DNA of 63,750 bases, counting the filler, from Octopus bimaculoides (taxonomy: Eukaryota): the NCBI RefSeq assembly GCF_001194135.2. It is 7 parts of 7 records of this genome, joined end to end, with 100 filler letters (N's around TTAATTAATTAA, not from the genome) between each part and the next. Parts side by side here need not be neighbours in the genome. Positions count along the whole stretch, not along the records: positions 19,380 to 39,535 come from NC_068995.1; positions 39,636 to 57,783 come from NC_069000.1; 5 more parts are not named here. One strand, 5' to 3'. Under the pieces are notes generated by a model. That model searched no databases and was not told the origin of the DNA. It was given only the letters and a program-made list of their open reading frames with translations. The position numbers and the translations under genes were made by a program. This document shows, one piece after another, positions 37,165 to 48,802 of this stretch (position 1 is its first letter; every line of letters begins with the position of its first letter).

Positions 37165-37540
37165 CAAGGCAGCATTGAACAAGTCTGACATATGGCAAAT
37201 GAACTTGTAGGGCGAACCACCCAATCCTAATGATTTTCACCTCGTACAGCAGCTCAGCACGTCTGCAACTTCGTCCGCCGAAATCAGTTTTCCGCAGTAC
37301 TCTGCCTCTCTTCTTGAGAATAGCAGCAAACCATCGAGGTATTCTTGAGAATAGCGGTAAACCGTCATATTGACAACAGCTTGGTAGAGTTCTGCTGGAA
37401 AACTGCACCCCTTCTTTTGGAATCGGAGACAACGCACCTGTTGCGGTCCGTCATATACAATATTCTGGTTTTGTTGATAGCTATACAGGACAGAAGTTTG
37501 TGACCTGTGTAGCCGACTTTCAGAAACTCTACACAACATA
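37165..37540 (-). pseudogene. L1/Tx1-clade LINE ORF2 relic (start of RT)
   Basis: YLDGLLLFSRREAEYCGKLISADEVADVLSCCTR*KSLGLGGSPYKFICHMSDLF resembles the KSPGxDGLPYE region; includes a local 31-bp tandem duplication. Confidence 0.65.
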
Positions 37541-37757
37541 CGTTAGTCTTATCTGCTAGCCTAGCAAAGATTTTTATCTAAATACAACCTGGATGACCCG
37601 CTGCATCTATACCAAATCTAAATTGGCGCATTCGGGAAATCAAGGTGAAACATGCCAGACTGGAAGCGCTTAGGAAGGTTTGCGAGGCTTTTTGTATTCC
37701 CTTCTATCGGCTACGCATACACAATCCTTGTTAAATATATATATATATATTAGCGAC

Positions 37758-37981
37758 TCTCCACTTAAACGTGGATGTACTGTTAGAAAAAAATTATACC
37801 ATGAGAGAAACACTCATATTAGCTTTTGGTGGCTTCGGCGCTGGAAATGGCGGGGATTTGTCTCCCTGCTAGCGATATAAACAAGAGAGCATTTTGCATC
37901 AAAAGCCAATATGAGTATTTTTCTCATGGTAACTACCGCTGTATAGTTTGTTCAAACAAAACATCCACGTTTAAGTGGGGA
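37758..37981. mobile_element. MITE, about 224 bp, with outer and inner inverted repeats
   Basis: Perfect 18-bp ccacttaaacgtggatgt (37761) / acatccacgtttaagtgg (37961-37978) plus a 35-bp inner IR. Confidence 0.8.
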
Positions 37982-38337
37982 TAAATATTACAATCCCTAT
38001 TTGTATCCAAATGCCATTCTAATTGCCGGCTACGACTAATGAGCAAGGTATTGCTAGGAATGTCTCTAGACGTTTACAGAAATCAGACCTGTCCAATCCA
38101 GTCGATGAATAAACGGTTACTAATATGATGGCCCTGCCCTCACACTTTGTGCTGTTCATGTCCAAGAATCGTGAGTCATCAACCGGATCTAGAACTGTAT
38201 TTATCTCCAGAACCAGAGCTTTTCAAAACAACATCGCTATGCCACTCGATCTGGGTTAACCGAGAAGTGTAAGCCTCATATGTCAAACGATTTGGTCTCG
38301 GTGATCTTGATCCTGCAAATGGTTAGCACTTGAGGTC

Positions 38338-38395
<58 letters not shown>

Positions 38396-38534
38396 AAGGA
38401 GGAGGAGGAGGAGGTGGAGTAGAACACACTCTCTTCAGGTAATTTGCAACATGTGCTAAACTTAGGATACTGCAGTTTTTTCTTTCTTTCCTTCTTTCTG
38501 TCTTCTTTCTTTTTTTCTTGTATGCAGGTATGTA

Positions 38535-38838
38535 AATATATACTTTTATTCTTTTACTTGTTTCAGTCATTTGACTGCGGATATGCTGGAGCACCGCCTT
38601 TTAGTCGAACAAATCGACTTATTTTTAGTAAGCCTAGTACTTATTCTATCGGTCTTTTTTGCCGGGCTGCTAGATAACAGGGACGTTGATGCACCAACAT
38701 CGGTTGTCAAGCGATGGTGGTGGGACAAACACAGACACACAAATACATACATACACACACATACACGCGCACTTATATATATACATGTGACGGGCTTCTT
38801 TCTGTTTCCATCTACCAAATCCACTCATAAGGCTTTAG
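38535..38838 (-). mobile_element. SINE family A, head lost in gap
   Basis: cttttacttgtttcagtcatttgactgcgg ... ctaccaaatccactcataaggcttt. Confidence 0.87.
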
Positions 38839-38959
38839 TNNNNNNNNNNTATATATATATATAAATGTGTGTGTATTCTTTTATTCTTTTTATTTTTTTA
38901 TTCATGTTGTTGTAGTTATTATTGTCGCTATAGGAGTTCTATTCAGCAATTTCGGATGT

Positions 38960-39110
38960 TTAATCGATCCCATTGTTCTTTTATGGGCCCCGGAAGGAGG
39001 AAATGCATAGTCGATCTCGGTAGATTTTGAACTCAGAACACAAAGCCGGGTGAAATGCCGCTATGCATCTTGCCCATCGTGCTAACAATTCGGCCAGCAC
39101 GCCGTCTTAA
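38960..39110 (-). mobile_element. SINE family C, decayed
   Basis: tttgaactcagaac ... gaaatgccgcta ... gctaacaattcggccagcacgccgtc. Confidence 0.7.
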
Positions 39111-39308
39111 AGTGCTTTAAAACAATAACGTTATTTCAGTTCACACGGACTCACACGTTTACACATAAACACACGTATACATACGCATATAATTACATGC
39201 ACGTGTGTACTACACTCACATACGTATACACTCGTGTACACACACATACATATACATATGTAAAATTTGATGAGGATGTGAGTTTTACTAGTGTCGATGT
39301 CGTCGGCG

Positions 39309-39340
<32 letters not shown>

Positions 39341-39639
39341 GGTGGTGGTAGTGGTGGTGGTAGTGGTGGTGTGTTATTTTTCCCCTTGTCATTGTTTAAT
39401 TTATATTTTTTTCTTTGTGTTTATCGTTTTGTTATTTCTGCTAATTGACAGAATTATAATAAGAAAATCAATCATGCATGAAAAACAGATAAAAATATTT
39501 TGCAGTTCATCTATTGTTTTGTCATATTGTTAGTANNNNNNNNNNNNNNNNNNNNNNNNNNNNNNNNNNNNNNNNNNNNTTAATTAATTAANNNNNNNNN
39601 NNNNNNNNNNNNNNNNNNNNNNNNNNNNNNNNNNNCAAC

Positions 39640-40430
39640 ACTTGTTTTCTTAACGAAACACTTTCAAACTTGGGATACTGGTAGAATGTGTCATATAAAA
39701 CATCTTTTTCTCTTAGCTTTCTTAACAAAAATTTATATATTGCAAATTATTTCATGTTAAAGTTGTCGTATTTCTGTAATTTCAACCAATCACTGACGTC
39801 TATTCAGCTGAATACAGTTACTGCTCTTTTTATAAACAATAATTTTTGCCGGTGTCAAGAGTGTTATTCCCTGTTTAATTATATCATTATTCCCTAGTAA
39901 GGGTTTAGAGTTTTAGGGTTAGGGTTCGGGTTTTAGAGTTAAGGTTAGGGTTTTGGGGTTAGGGTTTTAGGGTTAGGGTTTTAGGGTTAGGGTTGGGGTT
40001 AGGGTTAGGGTTATGGTTATGGTTATGAGTTACAGGGTGTTAGGGTTAGGGTTATGAGCGAGGTTATGGCAAAAATAATCATAACCCTAACCGTAATCCT
40101 AAAACTAACCCTAACTCTAAAACCCGAACCCTAACCCTAAAACCAGTACAAACGCACGAACGATGTCATAAATAAGAGTAACACGGATAGTTGTTGTTGA
40201 CAAACAATGGCACTAATTTTATTCAAGGGAAAAGATCCCATGACACCATTGTTTACATTCCACGGCAGTAATTGTTTTCACCTCAATAGACGTCAGTGAT
40301 TGGTTCAAATTACCGAAATACGACAATTTTTTACATGAAATAACTTCGAATACAAAAATTTTTATCAGTTCTATAACATAAAATATATAAGTATATGAAG
40401 TTTGAAAGTGTTTCGGTACCAAAAACACTA
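39640..40430. mobile_element. Fold-back (TIR) element with internal inverted telomere-like arrays
   Basis: Outer IR cores at 39747-39804 / 40285-40343 and cgaaacactttcaaactt / aagtttgaaagtgtttcg; TTAGGG variants at 39899-40070 followed by CCCTAA variants at 40081-40143. Confidence 0.8.
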
Positions 40431-40480
40431 CATAAAACATTAATGAAAAGTATTGCCCGTCAAATCAGAAAGATCCGGAA

Positions 40481-40761
40481 GTTGTTGTTATTGGCACTCC
40501 GTCGCTTACGACGTCGAGGGTTCCAGTTGATCCAATCAATGGAACAGCCTGCTCGTGAAATTAACGTTCAACTGGCTGAGCCCTAATAGGAAGTAAGAGT
40601 GAGAATGAGAGAAAGTTGTGGTGAAAGAGTACAGAAGGGTTTGCCACCATCCCCTGCCGGAGCCTCGTGGAACTTTAGGTGTTTTCGCTCAATAAACACT
40701 CACAACGGCCGGTCTGGGAATCGAAATTGCGATCCTATGACCGCGAGTCCACTGCGCCTCC
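40481..40761 (-). mobile_element. SINE family B, internally deleted, (AAC)n tail
   Basis: Shares body with 15025-15254; 3' end gatcaactggaaccctcgacgtcgtaagcgacggagtgccaataacaac. Confidence 0.85.
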
Positions 40762-41429
40762 ACACACACACACACACATTTATATATATATATATATATN
40801 NNNNNNNNNNNNNNNNNNNNNNNNNNNNNNNNNNNNNNNNNNNNNNNNNNNNNNNNNNNNNNNNNNNNNNNNNNNNNNNNNNNNNNNNNNNNNNNNNNNN
40901 NNNNNNNNNNNNNNNNNNNNNNNNNNNNNNNNNNNNNNNNNNNNNNNNNNNNNNGAAAACTATTAAATGGGAGAGAGGAAGAAGAAAGAAGACTTTGTAT
41001 GTATCACTTTCTCTTCTCTCTCTCTCCCTCTCTCACTGTTACTCTCTATTTTTTATGTTGAGCACGTGATATATGTGTATAAGAACGCGTTACAGGTAGA
41101 AGGGAAGAAATATAAAAGTTGCTAGAAAGAACAGCCAAATCTCCCATAAAAGTAAAAGGAATTTAAAAAATCTAATTACTGCACTGGAAAGTTCACATCG
41201 AGAAAATTCCATTGATGTAAAAATTTTTACGAAAAAGCGGAAAATGTGGATTTCTATAAACTTTTAAAAAGGCTTCACACAGACACACAACTTCAGCTTT
41301 ATATATTAAGATATATATATATATATACATACACAATATGTCACATTCTCTACTACATATATCTATGTATTTAATAATGAACCATGTAATTCACACTCTG
41401 AAAAGTTTATTTCTGTAAAATGTTGGGAG

Positions 41430-41875
41430 TCAGGAAAAATTTCTGAGGCTTCCACCTCACCTCACCCTGTTTTTCAGACCCAAAAAGGGTTTTGTAGCAC
41501 GTTAGGAGGTTACAGGAATTCATTCAACGTAAAAAAAAAAAATTCCCAACGATTCCAGGATTAGTGGGGGGGGGGAAGCCTTGCCCCACCCCTTTTTTCC
41601 AAACAAAAATAAGGGATTTGCAGCATATTAGGAGATCAGGGTACTTGATTTCACGCAAAAAAAAATCTGACTTTTATTTTTTTCCTTAGTGAAAATCGTA
41701 TGGGTGAAAAGATCAATGAGAATAGGGGTGAAATTTCCGAGGCTTCAACCTCACCCCACCCCGTTTATCGGACCCCCAAAAGGGTTTCATAGCACACTAG
41801 AAGGTCACAGGAATTCATTCAATGAAAGAAAAAATCTCAATGATTCCAGGATGGGTGGTCCCCCCTTGAAAATCA
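41430..41875 (+). repeat. Tandem repeat of about 290-295 bp (1.5 units)
   Basis: aaatttctgaggcttccacctcac (about 41434) recurs as aaatttccgaggcttcaacctcac (about 41731), with colinear downstream blocks. Confidence 0.85.
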
Positions 41876-41929
41876 TACGGGTGTTAATCTAAGAATTTAC
41901 CTTTTGTTTTTCGTTCTCGCTGCTAGACA

Positions 41930-42665
41930 GGTGACTTAGCTCATATTAACAAACTTATGGATTTCACCAACGTGGAAATTGATAAAAGTTATGGCTGAAA
42001 ATCGATTTTTATCACTATCCACGAGTGCCTCGGGTAAAATAAGTTGACAAAAACACAGCCACGATCGTGACCAATGTCCTAAAATTGAAGCGACATGCGT
42101 GCTAATTTGTGGACGTGCATAAATTACACTCATGTACACACATACATCCTGCCTTTTATAGATAAATAGATAAATAAATGACTTAAAATAAATATATTTT
42201 AATTGTTGTGTGAGAAAGTATATATTATCTGATTATACAATATAGTGTCTTTCAAAAACATCCTAAATTTGAAGACTATATTTCGTGTTTAAGAAAAAAA
42301 ACATTTTACATTTTTTTTTTGATGAACGCTGTCACTTACTCTCTCACCCTCACACACACACATACATACATCAACACACAACCTCTCTCTCGCTCCCTCA
42401 CACACACACACACACTTTCACTCGGCTATGGCAAGAAGGGGACTTAACTCATGTTAGCAAACTTCGAAATTGGTAAAAGTTATGGTTGAAAATCGATTTT
42501 TACCGCTATCCGTGGTTGCCTCAGGAAAAATAAGTTGACAAAACCCAGCTAGGGTCATGATGAATGTCCTAAAATTGGAGCAACATGCGTGCTAATTTGT
42601 TGACGTGCATAAATTACATTCACGTACACACACATACAAATCCTGCCTTTTATAGATATACAGAT
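41930..42665 (+). mobile_element. Two direct copies of about 230 bp (41930-42171, 42441-42665), Helitron/HINE-like ends
   Basis: About 80% similar by eye; both end cacacatac...cctgccttttatagata..agat. A similar end cttcagctttatatattaagat lies at 41291-41312. Class is inferred. Confidence 0.45.
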
Positions 42666-43781
42666 ATATACAAATATATATGCATATATATATATATACA
42701 TATATGTATAAAGGAGACCACTAGGTAGACTGTTAATGTGCAAGAAGATCACATGTAATACGTCTAAGACCGAATTGTTCTCAAAGAAAATTTAGCGAAG
42801 AAACAAAACGTATACGGGCAAGACAAGTGAAAATTACATAAATAGTTATATATACATATATGCATATATATATATATATATATATANNNNNNNNNNNNNN
42901 NNNNNNNNNNNNNNNNNNNNNNNNNNNNNNNNNNNNNNNNNNNNNNNNNNNNNNNNNNNNNNNNNNNNNNNNNNNNNNNNNNNNNNNNNNNNNNNNNNNN
43001 NNNNNNNNNNNNNNNNNNNNNNNNNNNNNNNNNNNNNNNNNNNNNNNNNNNNNNNNNNNNNNNNNNNNNNNNNNNNNNNNNNNNNNNNNNNNNNNNNNNN
43101 NNNNNNNNNNNNNNNNNNNNNNNNNNNNNNNNNNNNNNNNNNNNNNNNNNNNNNNNNNNNNNNNNNNNNNNNNNNNNNNNNNNNNNNNNNNNNNNNNNNN
43201 NNNNNNNNNNNNNNNNNNNNNNNNNNNNNNNNNNNNNNNNNNNNNNNNNNNNNNNNNNNNNNNNNNNNNNNNNNNNNNNNNNNNNNNNNNNNNNNNNNNN
43301 NNNNNNNNNNNNNNNNNNNNNNNNNNNNNNNNNNNNNNNNNNNNNNNNNNNNNNNNNNNNNNNNNNNNNNNNNNNNNNNNNNNNNNNNNNNNNNNNNNNN
43401 NNNNNNNNNNNNNNNNNNNNNNNNNNNNNNNNNNNNNNNNNNNNNNNNNNNNNNNNNNNNNNNNNNNNNNNNNNNNNNNNNNNNNNNNNNNNNNNNNNNN
43501 NNNNNNNNNNNNNNNNNNNNNNNNNNNNNNNNNNNNNNNNNNNNNNNNNNNNNNNNNNNNNNNNNNNNNNNNNNNNNNNNNNNNNNNNNNNNNNNNNNNN
43601 NNNNNNNNNNNNNNNNNNNNNNNNNNNNNNNNNNNNNNNNNNNNNNNNNNNNNNNNNNNNNNNNNNNNNNNNNNNNNNNNNNNNNNNNNNNNNNNNNNNN
43701 NNNNNNNNNNNNNNNNNNNNNNNNNNNNNNNNNNNNNNNNNNNNNNNNNNNNNNNNNNNNNNNNNNNNNNNNNNNNNNNNN

Positions 43782-43968
43782 ACGTAAAAGCACCCACTAC
43801 ACTCTCTGAGTGGTTGGCGTTAGGAAGGGCATCCAGCTGTAGAAACTCTGCCAAATCAGACTGGAGCCTGGTGTTGCCATCCGGTTTCACCAGTCCTCAG
43901 TCAAATCGTCCAACCCATGCTAGCATGGAAAGCGGACGTTAAACGATGATGATGATGATGATGATGAT
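43782..43968 (+). mobile_element. RTE-type LINE/SINE 3' end with (GAT)n tail
   Basis: gagtggttggcgttaggaagggcatccagctgtagaaac ... gcatggaaagcggacgttaaac(gat)8; 5' part lost in gap. Confidence 0.75.
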
Positions 43969-44177
43969 GTATGTGTGTTTGTGTGTCTGTTTGTCTCCCC
44001 CACCATCGCTTAACAACTGATGCTGGTTTGTTTATGTCCCCATAATTTAGCGGTTCGGCAAAAGAGACCGATGGAATAAGTGCTAGGCTTACAAAGAATA
44101 AGTCCTGGGGTCGATTAGCTTGACTAAAGGCGGTGCTCCAGCATGGCCACAGTCAAATGATTGAAACAAGTAAAAGA

Positions 44178-44178
<1 letters not shown>
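43969..44178 (+). mobile_element. SINE family A, 3' half
   Basis: Close match to other family A 3' halves. Confidence 0.88.
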
Positions 44179-44212
<34 letters not shown>

Positions 44213-44914
44213 TACATACATACAAAGAATAATAATATATACATAAATAAAATATATATATATATATATATATACTATTTATATTGAAGAACGCCATGCA
44301 TCCATTTCCAAGTAAGTTTATCTTTATCTTTTTGATGTGACTCTATTCTATGCTGTTTTCTCTCATCCTTTCTCTAATTCCCTTTTTTCCTCCCCTTCAC
44401 TGTTTTCTATCTATTTCTCTCTCTCCCTCTTTGTTTCTCTCTCTCATTGCTCACATGTGACCATCATCCATTTTTCTCTTCCTCACTTGATTATCTTTGT
44501 TTTCTTTCACAACTGTTGTAAGGACAGCACATATCTTATCTCTCTCTTAATTGTTTTTTTCTTGTCAAAAAAAATATTTCTCCAGTGTTCGCTATTTTTA
44601 CTCTCGTTCTGGTCTAACGACCCTCCATGTTTGTTTTCTTTCAGTTTCCTTGTATGTCTCCACTGTCCTGTTTTTGTTCCCAACTTTGACCCTCTATAAG
44701 TCCCAAATTTTATTTTGGTATGTATGGGAACAACTGTCTTCAAAGACTCATATCATTGTTTAATGCTCAAAATGAAGAGTAGATAGACGACCGACAACTG
44801 ATGAAGGGTCGTTCTTTATGTTACTTGTCCTGTTTTCCATTTGCTTTCGTATTTCATGCTGTTTACTGTTTGGTGATGTCCTGTACCCATATACACATGT
44901 GTGTGTATATACTG

Positions 44915-45275
44915 TTTTACTTGTTTCAGTCATTTGACTGTAGCCATGCTGGAGCACCACCTTTAGTCAAGCAAATCGACCCCTGGACTTGTTCTTTGTA
45001 AGCCTAGTACTTATTCTATCGGTCTCTTTTGCCAAACTACTAAGTTACAGGGACGTAAACACACCAGCATCAGTTGTCAAGCGATGTTGGGGGCACAAAC
45101 ACAGACACATATATATACGACGGGCTTTTTTCAGTTTCCGTCTACCAAATCCACTCACAAGGCTTTGGTCGAACCCAAGGCTATGGTAGAAGACACTTGC
45201 CCAAGGTGCCACGCAGTAGGACTGAACCCAGAACCATGTGGTTGGTAAGCAAGCTACTTACCACACAGCCACTCT
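44915..45275 (-). mobile_element. SINE family A, full length
   Basis: Head gtggctgtgtggtaagtagcttgcttaccaaccacatggttctgggttcagtcc, then gcaccttgggcaagtgtctt, and a complete 3' half. Confidence 0.92.
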
Positions 45276-48224
45276 TGTGCATATATATATATNNNNNNNN
45301 NNNNNNNNNNNNNNNNNNNNNNNNNNNNNNNNNNNNNNNNNNNNNNNNNNNNNNNNNNNNNNNNNNNNNNNNNNNNNNNNNNNNNNNNNNNNNNNNNNNN
45401 NNNNNNNNNNNNNNNNNNNNNNNNNNNNNNNNNNNNNNNNNNNNNNNNNNNNNNNNNNNNNNNNNNNNNNNNNNNNNNNNNNNNNNNNNNNNNNNNNNNN
45501 NNNNNNNNNNNNNNNNNNNNNNNNNNNNNNNNNNNNNNNNNNNNNNNNNNNNNNNNNNNNNNNNNNAGCAGTATAACCCGATGTTGTCTGGGTGTGACTT
45601 ATTACGATAAGTCTTGCTAAGTGAGAATCAACTAAAAAAGAAAGCCTTACAACGAAAAAAAACCCTTATGATGTAAATATGTTCAAAAGACGATGAAATT
45701 AATAGGGAAAGTCTGAAGGCTGTTTTGCGTAACATTATTAAGCGTACGTAAATTTCATCCGTCTAATTGGCTATACAAATGCTTGTGCAAAACAACTTTT
45801 TGCGCTGCTTTGATTATACATAGCAGGGTAATTCCTTTTCGCAGGAGGTAAGACGGCAATTTCTGATGAAGCAATTGCTGGCGATCTGTTGCTACACAGT
45901 TCTACATTGTTTTCCATATCTAGAATTGAAAAAGTCTCAATATTTTCAAATTTGGTATATTGATGTCATTTTTCACGCTGAATCTGTTGTTCTTATTCAC
46001 TTGTTCCAGATAAATTTTAGAAAGATCTTACAGAGGTTTAAAGTTTGATCATTTTTACAGAATCAAAAAACAGGATTTGGTTAAGCAGGCATTTTGTTCG
46101 TGATGACAACGATGATAAAACATTCAGCAGAGGAAGTTTTAATAAGTTCTATCGAATAAAGATAAACAAATGAACGCATGTAATACGAAAAATAAAAATA
46201 AAAACCAAAAATCTGAAACTAAACGTTAAATTACAAAACACATGAATACAACAAATACAAAAACTAGTTCAGTTCATGTAACGATCGAACTGCTGGAAAA
46301 AGCAGCCAAATCTCCTCCCGACGAACACCCTAACGTCAAAATATGGGGAAGGACATACTACTGTAGATTATGGTAGTCCTAGATAACTCTAAAATTGTGG
46401 AATGTTCAACATTAGAATGCTCCTTTTAATCACAAGCCTACCCGATGAATCTGCTTACTCGCACAACAGCTTGGCTTGTTTCTATGGAAACAGGCACCAT
46501 TCTGTCTGTGGCTTTCGATTGGCTAAAAATTACCGAAAATTTGTAAACTTTAAAATCTATTAACGTTTTATTTATTAATTCAAGGCAAAAATAAATTTGA
46601 TTTCCATAATTAACTTACAAAACTATATCAAAACAAGAAATCTGAAATCAATTGAAACAAAACTGAAGGAATTGAAAAGTGAAATGATCCCTCAAAATAT
46701 CAGTATATATGTTTTTATTAATAACTCTTGTCGATTATTAATAAAAACAAAAACGTAGACAGACAGGTAAATTGACAGATAGCGAGAGAGAGAGAGAGAG
46801 AGANNNNNNNNNNNNNNNNNNNNNNNNNNNNNNNNNNNNNNNNNNNNNNNNNNNNNNNNNNNNNNNNNNNNNNNNNNNNNNNNNNNNNNNNNNNNNNNNN
46901 NNNNNNNNNNNNNNNNNNNNNNNNNNNNNNNNNNNNNNNNNNNNNNNNNNNNNNNNNNNNNNNNNNNNNNNNNNNNNNNNNNNNNNNNNNNNNNNNNNNN
47001 NNNNNNNNNNNNNNNNNNNNNNNNNNNNNNNNNNNNNNNNNNNNNNNNNNNNNNNNNNNNNNNNNNNNNNNNNNNNNNNNNNNNNNNNNNNNNNNNNNNN
47101 NNNNNNNNNNNNNNNNNNNNNNNNNNNNNNNNNNNNNNNNNNNNNNNNNNNNNNNNNNNNNNNNNNNNNNNNNNNNNNNNNNNNNNNNNNNNNNNNNNNN
47201 NNNNNNNNNNNNNNNNNNNNNNNNNNNNNNNNNNNNNNNNNNNNNNNNNNNNNNNNNNNNNNNNNNNNNNNNNNNNNNNNNNNNNNNNNNNNNNNNNNNN
47301 NNNNNNNNNNNNNNNNNNNNNNNNNNNNNNNNNNNNNNNNNNNNNNNNNNNNNNNNNNNNNNNNNNNNNNNNNNNNNNNNNNNNNNNNNNNNNNNNNNNN
47401 NNNNNNNNNNNNNNNNNNNNNNNNNNNNNNNNNNNNNNNNNNNNNNNNNNNNNNNNNNNNNNNNNNNNNNNNNNNNNNNNNNNNNNNNNNNNNNNNNNNN
47501 NNNNNNNNNNNNNNNNNNNNNNNNNNNNNNNNNNNNNNNNNNNNNNNNNNNNNNNNNNNNNNNNNNNNNNNNNNNNNNNNNNNNNNNNNNNNNNNNNNNN
47601 NNNNNNNNNNNNNNNNNNNNNNNNNNNNNNNNNNNNNNNNNNNNNNNNNNNNNNNNNNNNNNNNNNNNNNNNNNNNNNNNNNNNNNNNNNNNNNNNNNNN
47701 NNNNNNNNNNNNNNNNNNNNGAAATTTTTCAAGCAATTTTTTTTCAGAATCGGAATCTCCATAGCCCAAAACGTGGGATTCCGTAAAAAAAAATTAATTA
47801 ATAAGGGGGGAAAAGGTTCAGATTACATATAGTCCGTCTCTACCAAAATATGTTTGTGATATAGTTAATTTGATAATAATGGCATAACCATCTGTCTATC
47901 TATAGATATTGTATAACTCTGAAATATACAGTTGAGCACCATTTAGGAGTATGATACATTATTATTTAAAACAGTTCGATTCGGCCCCATCCTGAAGTTT
48001 CGTAGGCCTATACACACCCACGTACGCACGCACAGGTGTAGAAAAACTACTCGAATACCATCCGTTTAATATTAACTGTCGGAGAAAAGAGTGTTCAATA
48101 CCATAGAAGAGATTAATATTTTATTTTGGTCGAATCAGCCTTCTTCTACTTTGAATTTTACCAGTAGTTACACATGTGCATTTTACCAATAGTTACATAT
48201 GTGCATGAATATGTGTTTATACCC

Positions 48225-48480
48225 CTACCACCGCTTGACAACCGGCGTTGGTTTGTTTACGTCCTCCTAGCATAGTCGTTCAGCAAAATCACCTGATAGA
48301 ATAAGTACTGGGATTGACTGCTCAACTACGCCCTTCGAGACGGTGCTTCAGCATATTTGTTCTCCAGCACCGTCTGACAAACGGTGTAGGTTTGTTTACG
48401 TTCCCGTAACATAGTGGTTCGGCTAATAAATACCAGGAAAAATAAGTACTACGTTCCATTTATTCGACTAAACCTCTCGG
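48225..48480 (+). mobile_element. Two tandem decayed family A 3' halves
   Basis: ccgcttgacaaccggcgttggtttgtttacgtcc and cgtctgacaaacggtgtaggtttgtttacgttcc, each followed by aataagtact. Confidence 0.65.
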
Positions 48481-48802
48481 TAAGAAAAAAAAAAAACCTC
48501 GGATTTTTTTTACGTGGAATCAAGAACCTTCCTAATATGCCGCAAACCCCTAATTTTTATTCGGAACCCCCCCTACCCTGGAATCATGGGAAACTTTTTT
48601 TTTTCGTTGAATGAATTACGGCGACCTAATATACCACAACACCCTTTTTGGGGGTCCGGAAAACGGGGTGGGTTGGGGTGGAACCCTCGGAAATTTCACC
48701 CCACTCCCACCCCAATTGGGAAGTACATCCGCACGATTTTCACTAACAAAAAAAAGAAACTCGAATTTTTTTGCGTGGAATCAAGTACCCTGACCTCCTG
48801 AT
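48480..48802 (-). repeat. Same ~290-bp satellite as 41430, opposite strand, running into a gap
   Basis: Reverse complement contains agggtacttgattccacgcaaaaaaa, gtgaaaatcgt, gaaatttccgagggttccacc, ggacccccaaaaaggg and aattcattcaacg. Confidence 0.8.

Noticed and set aside
39899-40143. True chromosome end-to-end fusion site
   Set aside because: The arrays sit inside longer inverted repeats, mirror each other exactly in variant order and have a related copy at 14863; an element origin is more economical.
31552-44890. CTGAAGA / CTGATGA in the repeat at 31552 (minus strand) and 44760
   Set aside because: The variable seventh base is suggestive, but no GAAA or stem III follows in either copy; not counted as a hammerhead.
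1883-48802. CRISPR-like reading of the 17-bp and 290-bp repeats
   Set aside because: No unique spacers, no cas genes, eukaryotic context.
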